Positions 46,751-55,466 of a stretch of 64,000 nucleotides of DNA are shown here, piece by piece. This DNA comes from an uncultured Chloroflexia bacterium. GTDB lineage: Bacteria > Chloroflexota > Limnocylindria > Limnocylindrales > CSP1-4. Both the position numbers and the translations under genes were made by a program. The DNA is taken from positions 12,164 to 76,163 of the forward strand of contig CAWKJP010000022.1 in NCBI GenBank assembly GCA_963850035.1, read 5' to 3'. The notes under the pieces were generated by a model that was not told where the DNA came from, did not search any database, and saw only the letters and a list, made by a program, of their open reading frames with translations. Within the stretch, counting starts at the first letter, position 1, and each line of letters opens with the position of its first letter.

Positions 46751-48112
46751 ATGACGGACTCCCGCTCCACCGATGCCGCCCCGGCCGGCCGCGTCTTCCC
46801 GCGCGTCTTCGGGCGCACGCTCCCGATCGTCGAGCGCGGCGAGGGCGCGACGCTCCATGCGTCGGACGGCCGGACGTACCTCGACGCGGCCGGCGGCGCG
46901 ATCGTCGTGAATGTCGGGCACGGCCGACGCAGCGTCGCCGACGTCATGGCGGCACAGACGGCCCGCGTTGCCTACGCCCACGGGACGGCGTTCACGAGCG
47001 CGGCGCTCGAGAAGTACGCCGCCGAGCTGGGGGCGATCCTCCCGCTCGACGCCCCTGCCATCTACCCGGTCTCGGGCGGCTCGGAGGCGATCGAGACGGC
47101 GCTCAAGATGGCCCGCGCCTACCACCTCGCGCGCGGCGAGAGCGGCCGGCAGATCGTGATCTCGCGGTGGGGGAGCTACCACGGCAACAGCCTCGGCGCG
47201 CTCGACCTGTCCGGCCGCCAGCCGCTGCGACGCCCGTACGAGGCGTGGCTGGGCCGTTTCCGGCACGTGTCGGCCGCCTACCCGTATCGGGCCGGGGAGC
47301 CGCGCTCGAACGCGCTGGCCGATGTCGGTGAGCTGACGGCCGAGCTGGAGCGGATGATCCTCGCTGCCGGCCCCGGAACGGTCGCCGCGTTCGTCGCCGA
47401 GCCGATCGTCGGGGCGACGCTCGGCGCGGTCGTGCCGCCGGCCGGCTACTGGCCGGCGATCGCCGACGTGTGCCGCCGCCACGGCGTCCTCCTCGTCGTC
47501 GACGAGGTGATGACGGGCTTCGGCCGCACCGGCCGCTGGTTCGGGGTCGACCACTGGGGGATCCGGCCGGACCTGCTCGTGGCCGCGAAGGGCGCCACCT
47601 CCGGCTACTGGCCCTTCGGGTTCGTGGCGGCTGCCGGACCCGTCTTCGAGACGATCGCAGCGAGCGGCTTCGTCCATGGCTTCACGTTCAGCCATTCGAT
47701 CACCGGCGCGGCCGTCGCGCGCGAGGTCCTGCGGATCCTGCGCGACGAGGATCTCGTCGCGGCTTCGGCGTCGAAGGGCGACCGGCTGCTGGGGCTGCTC
47801 GCCGAGCGGCTCGCCGATCACCCGCACGTCGGCGAGATCCGGGGCCGGGGCCTGCTCGTCGGCCTCGAGATGGTCGCGGATCGCTCGACCCGCGCGCCGT
47901 TCCCACGGGCCGAGCGTCGGACCGAGGCGCTCGTCCTCGCCGCGCGCGAGCGCGGGGTGCTGGTCTACTCGGGCACCGGCAACGCGAACGGCGTCGACGG
48001 CGATCTGATCCTTCTCGGGCCGCCCTTCGTCGTCACCGACGACGAGCTGGTCCGAATCGCCGACGGCATCGCCGGCGCCGTGAACGCCGCGACGCTCGTC
48101 GCGGCCGGCTGA
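46751..48112 (+). CDS. class III PLP-dependent aminotransferase (omega-transaminase / BioA-like)
   Basis: SGGSEAIETALKMAR, LVVDEVMTGFGRTGRWFG, AAKGATSGYWPFG. Start 46751 is preferred over 46742 because TACAAT lies 7 nt upstream. Confidence 0.85.
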   Translation: MTDSRSTDAAPAGRVFPRVFGRTLPIVERGEGATLHASDGRTYLDAAGGAIVVNVGHGRRSVADVMAAQTARVAYAHGTAFTSAALEKYAAELGAILPLDAPAIYPVSGGSEAIETALKMARAYHLARGESGRQIVISRWGSYHGNSLGALDLSGRQPLRRPYEAWLGRFRHVSAAYPYRAGEPRSNALADVGELTAELERMILAAGPGTVAAFVAEPIVGATLGAVVPPAGYWPAIADVCRRHGVLLVVDEVMTGFGRTGRWFGVDHWGIRPDLLVAAKGATSGYWPFGFVAAAGPVFETIAASGFVHGFTFSHSITGAAVAREVLRILRDEDLVAASASKGDRLLGLLAERLADHPHVGEIRGRGLLVGLEMVADRSTRAPFPRAERRTEALVLAARERGVLVYSGTGNANGVDGDLILLGPPFVVTDDELVRIADGIAGAVNAATLVAAG

Positions 48113-48158
48113 GCCTCGCCCGCGTCTCTCGGGCCGGGTCGGGGTCGGCGGGCGGCGG

Positions 48159-48902
48159 TCAGCGACCCGGCGCGATGCCCCGCCGCAGGATCACGAGACC
48201 GGCGAGCACGACGAGCCCCGGCACCAGAAGGTCGCCGAGCGACGGGAAGCCGGGGATCACGCTGCCGAGCGCGCCCCACCCGCCCCACACGATGAAGAAC
48301 GCGCCGACCCACGCCTGCCAGCCAAGGCCGCGGCCCCGTCGGGCCCGAAGTGCCGCAAGGACCAGCAGGGCAAGGCCCGCGCCGAGCGTGCCCCAGCCGA
48401 CGGTCTGCAGCCCGACGATCTCGGCCGCGAACCGGAAGGCGCCGTAGCCCGCCAGAACCGCGCCGGCGTTGAGGGCCCACGCCCCGGCTCGCCCGGTCGC
48501 GACCCAGGCCAGGAGCACGCCGCCTGCGAGCGCCAGCCCCAGCGAGCCGAGGATCCGTACCGCCGGGACGAACTGCTCGAGGACGAGATAGACCCCGATC
48601 GCGAGGAGCCCGACGCCGATCCAGAGGCCGAGCCGGCCGGCCTCGGCCTGTCCCAGCGACCACCCCACGGCACGAGCGGCGGGACCTTGCGGCTTCGCAC
48701 CGCGCGGCTTCGCGCCGCGCGGCCGACCGGCTGTGCCGCCAGCCGAGGTCCCGCCGGGCGTCCCGCCAGGCGAGGTCCCGCCGGGCGTCCCTCCCGGGCC
48801 CGAGCGAGTTCCAGCCGCCGCCGCGGGCCCGTCGAGGACCTCGCCCTTGAGGGCGCGGAAACGCTGGTCGAGGTCGTCGTCGGAGGGTCCGGGGCCGGTC
48901 AC
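48159..48902 (-). CDS. membrane protein with repetitive Gly/Pro/Thr N-terminal region, function unknown
   Basis: GTG 48902. GGTPGGTSPGGTPGGTSAGGT and RPRGAKPRGAKPQG repeats, then about 5-6 hydrophobic helices. Confidence 0.6.
   Translation of the reverse strand: MTGPGPSDDDLDQRFRALKGEVLDGPAAAAGTRSGPGGTPGGTSPGGTPGGTSAGGTAGRPRGAKPRGAKPQGPAARAVGWSLGQAEAGRLGLWIGVGLLAIGVYLVLEQFVPAVRILGSLGLALAGGVLLAWVATGRAGAWALNAGAVLAGYGAFRFAAEIVGLQTVGWGTLGAGLALLVLAALRARRGRGLGWQAWVGAFFIVWGGWGALGSVIPGFPSLGDLLVPGLVVLAGLVILRRGIAPGR
48690..48798 (-). repeat. two adjacent in-frame tandem repeats (15 bp x2 and 27 bp x2) in the 48159..48902 gene
   Basis: Plus strand GCGGCTTCGCACCGC / GCGGCTTCGCGCCGC (48690-48719), and GAGGTCCCGCCGGGCGTCCCGCCAGGC / GAGGTCCCGCCGGGCGTCCCTCCCGGG (48745-48798). 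Confidence 0.8.
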
Positions 48903-48911
48903 GACGGCAGC

Positions 48912-51373
48912 CTAGCGCAGCGGGCTGCCGATGATTGCCCCATCGCCGTCGCCAATCGGGCCGCTCGCTGCCGGGCACGCCGGGCCCGGACGTCCGTCCG
49001 TCGGTCGGGTCGTTCGGCGGCTGGCCCTGGTCGGGTTCCGCGTGCGAGAAACCGACCCGGTCCGCGATTCGGCCGAGGGGACCCGGCGCCCACCAGTTCC
49101 AGCGCCCGAGCAGCCGCATCACGGCCGGGACGAGCAGCACGCGCACGATGCTCGCGTCGATCGCGACCGCGATCGCCATCCCGACGCCGATCGACTTGAT
49201 CGTGACCTCGTCGGCGAGCACGAAGGCGGAGAAGACGGTGACCATGATCAGGGCGGCACCCGTGATCACGCGCGCGGTGCGGACCACGCCTTCGACCACC
49301 GCGGCGGTGTTGTCGGCGGTGCGGCGCCATGCCTCCTGGATCCGCGAGAGGAGGAGCACCTCGTAGTCCATCGAGAGCCCAAAGATCACGCAGAACATGA
49401 TGATCGGGATCCCGGCCACGGTGAATCCGGGCGACTGGAACGCGAGGGGACCGGACAGGTTGCCGTCCTGGAAGATCCAGACGAGCGCGCCGAAGCTCGC
49501 CGTCGCAGACAGGAGCGTCATCAGGACGGCCTTGAGCGGCAGGACCGCCGACCCGAAGAGCAGGAAGAGGATCAGCGCGGTGGCCAGCATCGTCCAGCCC
49601 ACCGCGAACGGGAGGCGGTCCGCCTGGCCGGCGAGGAAGTCGGAGCCGAGCGCGGCGGTCCCGCCGAGCGCCGTCCGCGTGATCGGCGAATCGACGGGCA
49701 GCGCGCGGATCAGCGGCACCATCGAGGTCGCCTCGGGCCGGGACGCCACGTATGGGCTGATCGCGTCGATGCGGACCGTGTTCCCCGAGACATAGCGCGC
49801 CAGCAGGGTGTCGACGCCCGCGGGGCGCTGGGCCGCCGGCATCGCGAAGAGCGCCTGCACCTGCGCCGGCGGCAGCGTCGTCCCGGTGCGCGGGTCGACG
49901 ATCGTGAAGAAGCTCTCGACGCGCGACACCCCACCGACTGCCGCGAGGCGGCCGGCGTACGCCTGCAGGGCGGCGATCCCGGCCGGGCTCGTCGGCGGGG
50001 CCGACAGGTCGGCGAGGATCGTCATCGGGGTCGTCTCGCCGGGCGCGAAGTCCGCCTGGAGCGCCACGAACGTGTCGCGGCTCTCCAGGCCGACCGGGAG
50101 GACCTCCGCGCCGGGGACGCCCTGCTCCATGCCGAGGAAGGGTGTTCCGAGCGCGAGCAGCACGATCACGATCGGGACCATGACGCGCCACGGATGGGCC
50201 ATCACGCGGCGGGCCACGCGTCCCCAGCGGCTCGGGTGGTCCGGGTCGGTCGCCTCCAGGACCACCTCGGTCTCGGCGATCGGGCCGCGCTCGCCCCGCA
50301 GGCGGTGTCGCAGGCCGGCGAGGCTCAGGCGGTTCACACGGTGCCCGAGCATCCCGAGGATGGCGGGCAGGAACGTGAGCGCGAAGAAGACCGAGCACGC
50401 GACGACGAGGGCGCTCCCGAGCCCGATCGATCGGATCGTCGCGAACGGGAAGACCATCAGGCCCGAAAGCCCGATCGCCACGGCGATCCCCGAGAACATG
50501 ACCGCCTTCCCGCTGGTGGCCACGGCCCGGGCGACGGCATCACCGACCTCGCGCCCGCGGGCGAGCTCCTCGCGGAACCGGCTGGTGATGAACAGCGAGT
50601 AGTCGATGGCGAGGGCCAGGCCGAGCATCGAGGCGATGTTGAGCACGAAGACGCTCATCGTCGTGAGCTGGGCGACCCAGTAGACGAGCCCGAGCGACGT
50701 CGGGATCGCGAGGCCGGCCACCAGCAGCGGCATGCCAGCAGCCATCGCGGACGTGAAGACGAGGAAGAGCACGACCGCAACGATCGGCAGGCTGACGAGC
50801 TCCGCCCGTTCGAGGTCGGTCTCCGCCTGTTTCGAGGTGTCGATCGTGAACGGCGCGTAGCCCGACACCGCGACCGTGTAGCCGGGCGGCGGGGCGAGGG
50901 TCGCGCGCAGGGCCGGATACAGCGGCACCGATTCCTCGTCGGTCACCGCGAGGTTGATCACGATGTAGGCCGCGTCACCCTTCGTGCTCACGAAGCGCCG
51001 GTCTCCGGTCTCGGCATAGCCGACGATGGACGTGACGTTCGGGTCCCTGCGGAGCCCTGCCGTCGCGGTCGCGATCGCCGCCTGGAAGTCCGGCGGACGT
51101 CGCGTCTGCGGACGTTGCGTCTGCGGACGGCGCCCCTGCGCCCGGCTGGGTCCGCGCGAAGAGCGCGACGAGGCTGCTCTTGCCGCCGCCGAACTGGGAG
51201 GCCAGGCGCGAGTCCACCTGGGACGACTCGGAGAGCGGGTCCAGCCAGCCGCCCGAGCTCAGCTTGCCCGAGGCGCGGCTGGCGAACGGCAACGCGACGA
51301 TGGCGACGATGAGGGCGACGAGGGCGACGATCCGGCGGTGTCGGTAGACGAACGCGCCCCAGCGCTGGAACAT
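48912..51373 (-). pseudogene. mmpL: MMPL-family (RND superfamily) membrane transporter, frame interrupted near the 5' end and probably again near the 3' end
   Basis: N-terminus MFQRWGAFVYRHRRIVALVALIV...GGWLDPLSESSQV is in ORF 50975..51772. The body (FQAAIATATAGLRRDPNVTSIVGY..., two 6-TM bundles, LLGRWNWWAPGPL) is in the frame of ORF 47965..50991. That frame has no stop until 47965. An out-of-frame TAG at 48914..48912 sits 9 nt before the next gene. Confidence 0.8.
51088..51128 (-). repeat. 15-bp in-frame tandem repeat (about 2.7 copies) inside mmpL, encoding SADAT repeats
   Basis: Minus strand GTCCGCAGACGCAAC / GTCCGCAGACGCGAC / GTCCGCCGGAC. The third copy carries one extra nucleotide and coincides with the frameshift. 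Confidence 0.85.
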
Positions 51374-51713
51374 GGACGGACCTCGATCGGCGTGGGGAGC
51401 ACGGTTGCGCCGTGCCCCGGGACGGGGCCGGACGGCGTGGATCCCTCGTCGTGCCGGCCTCAGGATACCCGCCGTCGGCGCGCGCCGAGACGCCTCGCCG
51501 GCGCCCGCCAGACCCTGTCCAACCGGCACGTGCCAGCTTGACCGCGAGTCCGACACGACCCTCCGGGGCCACCACCGGGCTCGTTGATCCGGCGACCTGC
51601 CGCGGCCGGAGCCGGCCAGGCATCCCGAGTCACGGCTCGGACCATCGTCGGCCGGTCTGGCACACCCGGACGCGATCCGCGGAGAGGACGTGCACCCAGC
51701 TATCAACACGGTG

Positions 51714-51719
51714 TATAGT
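51714..51719 (+). promoter_or_regulatory. candidate -10 hexamer of a leaderless promoter (TATAGT-N7-ATG, PadR)
   Basis: TATAGT 7 nt upstream of ATG 51727. Embedded in the AT-richer imperfect palindrome CTATCAACACGGTGTATAG (51700-51718). Confidence 0.5.
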
Positions 51720-51726
51720 CGGGCCG

Positions 51727-52281
51727 ATGAGCCTTTCGCACGCGCTGCTCGGGCTGCTCGAGGACCGTCCACTGCATGGCTACGAGCTCAAGCGGCGCTT
51801 CGACGTCGTGGTCTCCCCGGGGAGACCGCTCGCGTTCGCGCAGGTCTACGCGACGCTGAGCCGGCTGGAGCGCGACGGGCGCGTGATGGTCACCGGCGTG
51901 GAGCGGGCCCATGGCCCGGACCGCAGCCGCTACGCGATCACCGGGCCAGGTCGCGACGAGCTGGAGCGATGGCTGGACGAGCCGGTTCCGCCGGAGCCGA
52001 ACCTGCAGAGCGCGCTGTTCGTGAAGGTCGCCATCGCGGCTCTCGGCGGTCGGTCGGTCCAGGAGGTCCTGGACCGCCAGCGGCGGGCGCACCTCGCGCG
52101 GATGCGCGAGCTGACGGAGATCAAGCGGGCCTCCGACCTGCCGGTCGCGCTGCTCGCCGACTACGCCCTCTTCCACCTCGAAGCCGACCTGCGCTGGATC
52201 GAGATGACCGGCGCGCGGATCGACGAGATCCGGTCGCGGGTGACCGCTGCCCGGGTCGCCGAGCCCATCCAGGAGACGTGA
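51727..52281 (+). CDS. PadR-family transcriptional regulator
   Basis: LLGLLEDRPLHGYELKRRF...VYATLSRLERDGRV. ATG 51727 is preceded by TATAGT-N7. Confidence 0.88.
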   Translation: MSLSHALLGLLEDRPLHGYELKRRFDVVVSPGRPLAFAQVYATLSRLERDGRVMVTGVERAHGPDRSRYAITGPGRDELERWLDEPVPPEPNLQSALFVKVAIAALGGRSVQEVLDRQRRAHLARMRELTEIKRASDLPVALLADYALFHLEADLRWIEMTGARIDEIRSRVTAARVAEPIQET

Positions 52282-52375
52282 TGTTCGACCGAGACCGCGG
52301 CCCGCTCGATGCTCGCCGCCACTGACGCCGGCTCGTCCGGCTTCCTTCTCGCAGCGCCAGCAGGCTCCTGCCACC

Positions 52376-53065
52376 CTGGCGGCGCGAGACGTCACCAAGC
52401 GATTCGGCCAGACGGACGCGCTGCGCGGCGTCGACCTGGTCGTGGCGCCGGGTGAGATCGTGGCCGTCATGGGCCCGTCGGGTTCGGGCAAGTCGACGCT
52501 CCTCCACTGCCTGGCGGGCATCCTGCGGCCCGAGGCGGGCGAGGTCTGGTTCGAGGGCCGCCGAATCGACGACCTCTCCGATCCCGAACGGAGCGCCCTC
52601 CGGCGGGCCTCGTTCGGGTTCGTCTTCCAGTTCGGTCAGCTCGTCGCCGAGCTTCCCGCCGCCGAGAACGTGGCCCTGCCCTTGCTCCTCGCCGGCTGGT
52701 CGCGGCGGGCGGCGCTGGCCGAGGCCGAGTCCTGGTTCGAGCGCCTCGGCATCGGCGGGCTGGAGGGCCGACGTCCCGGCGAGCTGTCCGGCGGCCAGGC
52801 GCAGCGTGTCGCCCTGGCCCGGGCGTTGGTGGCGCGGCCACGCGTCGTCTTCGCCGACGAGCCGACCGGTGCCCTGGACTCGCTCGCAGGCGAGCAGGTG
52901 ATGGACCTCCTCACCGCAACCGCCCGACGGGACGGCGTCAGCGTGGTCCTCGTCACGCACGAGCCGCGCGTGGCTGCGTACGCGGATCGCGAGGTCATCG
53001 TCCGCGACGGCCGGATCTCGTTCGACGCCGCCGTCCCGGCGGTCGCAGCCGTCGCGCGGGCATGA
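52376..53065 (+). CDS. MacB/LolD-type ABC transporter ATP-binding protein (5' end unresolved)
   Basis: LAARDVTKRFGQTDALRGVDLVVAPGEIVAVMGPSGSGKSTLL, LSGGQAQRVALARAL, VVFADEPTGALD. There is no ATG/GTG/TTG in frame upstream of the listed GTG 52442, which would delete the conserved N-terminal strand. The coordinate 52376 is the first conserved residue, not a proven start. Confidence 0.8.
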   Translation: MAARDVTKRFGQTDALRGVDLVVAPGEIVAVMGPSGSGKSTLLHCLAGILRPEAGEVWFEGRRIDDLSDPERSALRRASFGFVFQFGQLVAELPAAENVALPLLLAGWSRRAALAEAESWFERLGIGGLEGRRPGELSGGQAQRVALARALVARPRVVFADEPTGALDSLAGEQVMDLLTATARRDGVSVVLVTHEPRVAAYADREVIVRDGRISFDAAVPAVAAVARA

Positions 53066-55356
53066 TCCGCATGGGGGCCCGGCTGGCCCTGGCCGGTGGG
53101 CGCAGCGCGCTGGTCGCGGTGGTCATGACGGCGGTCGCGGTCGCCATCGGGACGGCGATCCTCCTGTTCGCCCTGAGCTTCGAGCCCGCTCTCCAGACGC
53201 GCTACGCGCACATCGCCTGGCGCGATACGCCCGGCGAGGTCGACACGACCGCCTCGGCCACCCGAGGCCTGCTGATCGACAGCACGGACGACCGCTTCGA
53301 GGGCCAGGAGGTCGTGGCCGTGGAGGTCGCCGCGCTGTCTGCGGACGCGCCGGTCCCGCCCGGGATCCCGGCCGTGCCCGCCCCCGGCGAGGCGTACCTC
53401 TCGCCGGCCCTGGCGAGCCTCGTGGCCCGGACGCCGGCGGACGAGCTGGGCAACCGGTTCGGGCGCGTCGCGGGCACGATCGGCGACGCGGGCCTCAAGG
53501 CGCCCGACGAGCTGGCCGCGGTGGTCGGCGTCGAGCCCGCGCCACTCCAGGCGGCCGGCGGGCGCGCCGTGACTCGACTCGACACGGAACCGAGAATCCC
53601 GCCCGTCCCGCCGATCCTGCGGCTCCTGATCCTCGTGGTCGTGATCGGCGCCCTGGCGCCCGTCGCCGTGTTCGTGGCGACCGCGACGCGCCTGTCCGCG
53701 GCGCGCAGGGAGCGGCGACTGGCGCTGCTCCGCCTGATCGGGGCGACGCCGGGCCAGGTCTACCGGCTGGCCGCCGGCGAGGCACTCGTAGCGACCGTTC
53801 CGGGCGCCGCGGCGGGTGCCCTCCTGTTCTGGATCCTGCGTCCCGCGGTGGCCCTGGTGCCGCTGGATGGACTCGGCTGGTTCCCGTCGGCGATCGTCCC
53901 GTCCGCGGCATCCGCCGCCGCGCTGCTGTTCGCCGTGCAGGTCGTCGGCGTGGTGGCCGCGATGGTCGCCCTGCGACGGGTGTCGATCTCGCCGCTGGGA
54001 GTCACGCGACGCCAGTCGACCCGTCCCCTGCGCCGGCTGCGACTGCTGCCGCTGGCCCTGGGCCTGGCCGCCCTGGTTGGCGGCCTCGTCATGCTCCGCG
54101 ACGGTGCGGAGCGTGACCTCCCGCTCTACGTGACCCTGGGTGGGTTCCTCACGGTGATCATCGGCATCGTCGTCGCCGGACCATGGCTCACGATGCTGGT
54201 CGGGCGGATCCTCGCCCGGCTGGCCCGCGGCGCCAGCGCCCTGCTCGCCGCCCGACGGCTGGTGGACGACCCGCGGGCTGCCTTCGGAGCGATCGCCGGG
54301 GTCGTGATGGCCGTCTTCGTCTCCGCCGTCTTCTTCACGGTCGCGGCCTACGCGCGCGACGCGCACAGTCGATACGTCGACGTGGCCCTGGCGCCGGGGT
54401 CGATGACCTCGACGGTTCCCACCGGGTCGGGCTCGGTGCCCGATCGCCTTGCTACCCAGCTCCGCGCGGTGCCGGGCGTCACGGCCGTCGCCGTGCTCCG
54501 CCAGGGCGTGCTCTCGGGCCCCGACGGGAGGGACCTGCAGGCAGCGATCGTCGACTGCCGGGACCTGGCGGTTTCGGTGCTGATCTCGCCCGGCTGTTCG
54601 GCGCCCGTCATGTCCCGCGACCCGGCGGCGATCGTGCCCGGCACGACCTACACGTTCGAGGGCCTGATGCCGGGCGCGACGGGCGACACGCCCGCGGACC
54701 AGCGGATCGACCTCGCATCGTCGGGCGCCTCGGTCGCCGCCTTCCGGGTGGAGGGCGGCACCGGCGGCTCGATCCCGGACGTCCTGCTGTCGCCGGCGCT
54801 GGTGCGGGACGGCGGGTCCGGCTTCGCGGCGACGGGGCTGTTCGTGGCGACCGATGGGTCGGCCCGGACCCAGGAGCTGGCCCGAACGCTGATCCGGCAG
54901 GCGCTGCCGACGGCTCTCGCGTGGACGGGCGCGGAGATCAGCCAGTCCGGGATCTCATCGATCGACGAGCTGGGCAGGATCGTCATCCTCGGTCTCCTGG
55001 GCACGATGGTCATGGCCGGCTGCAGCCTGGCCGTCGCCACCGCCAGCGGGCTGATCGAGCGGCAGCGGCCGTTCGCGCTGCTCCGCCTGACCGGGATGCC
55101 GACGAGCCGGCTGCGGTCCATCGTGGCGATCGAGGCGGCCGCGCCGCTGGGCATCGCGGCGCTGGTCAGCGCCGGGCTCGGACTCATGGTGGGGCAGCTC
55201 GTGCTGCGGCTGACGGGGACCGACGCGATTCTCCTGCCCGACGTCAGCTCGATCGTCGTGCTCGTGCTTGGCGTTGGCGCCGCGCTGGCAATGGTGGGCC
55301 TCACGCTGCCGATGATCGGCCGGCTCACGGACACGGAGGCGACCCGCTTCGAGTAG
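53062..55356 (+). CDS. FtsX-family ABC transporter permease (two FtsX modules)
   Basis: 764 aa. N-terminal TM helix, large extracytoplasmic region, then TM triplets, repeated twice. ATG overlaps the ATPase stop (ATGA). Confidence 0.8.
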   Translation: MIRMGARLALAGGRSALVAVVMTAVAVAIGTAILLFALSFEPALQTRYAHIAWRDTPGEVDTTASATRGLLIDSTDDRFEGQEVVAVEVAALSADAPVPPGIPAVPAPGEAYLSPALASLVARTPADELGNRFGRVAGTIGDAGLKAPDELAAVVGVEPAPLQAAGGRAVTRLDTEPRIPPVPPILRLLILVVVIGALAPVAVFVATATRLSAARRERRLALLRLIGATPGQVYRLAAGEALVATVPGAAAGALLFWILRPAVALVPLDGLGWFPSAIVPSAASAAALLFAVQVVGVVAAMVALRRVSISPLGVTRRQSTRPLRRLRLLPLALGLAALVGGLVMLRDGAERDLPLYVTLGGFLTVIIGIVVAGPWLTMLVGRILARLARGASALLAARRLVDDPRAAFGAIAGVVMAVFVSAVFFTVAAYARDAHSRYVDVALAPGSMTSTVPTGSGSVPDRLATQLRAVPGVTAVAVLRQGVLSGPDGRDLQAAIVDCRDLAVSVLISPGCSAPVMSRDPAAIVPGTTYTFEGLMPGATGDTPADQRIDLASSGASVAAFRVEGGTGGSIPDVLLSPALVRDGGSGFAATGLFVATDGSARTQELARTLIRQALPTALAWTGAEISQSGISSIDELGRIVILGLLGTMVMAGCSLAVATASGLIERQRPFALLRLTGMPTSRLRSIVAIEAAAPLGIAALVSAGLGLMVGQLVLRLTGTDAILLPDVSSIVVLVLGVGAALAMVGLTLPMIGRLTDTEATRFE

Positions 55357-55454
55357 CGACGCCCTCGGCGAACCGCGCCGGGGCGGTCGGGCCGTCGACG
55401 CAGCCGGTGGCCCCCCGGCGCTGTCGAGGTCAAACGACGCCGATGAGCCGGCCC

Positions 55455-55460
55455 TATGAT
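55455..55460 (+). promoter_or_regulatory. candidate -10 hexamer of a leaderless promoter (TATGAT-N6-ATG, phosphotriesterase-family gene)
   Basis: TATGAT 6 nt upstream of ATG 55467. The resulting N-terminus MAPYVQTVLGPV...HEH has the usual length for this family. Confidence 0.45.
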
Positions 55461-55466
55461 CCGGTG

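Noticed and set aside
47965-48911. Treating the about 330-aa Arg/Pro-rich continuation of the MMPL frame as a genuine C-terminal extension.
   Set aside because: It overlaps a well-formed membrane-protein gene in another frame and the 3' end of the convergent aminotransferase gene. It has shadow-ORF composition. A nearby out-of-frame stop placed 9 nt before the next start is a better end.
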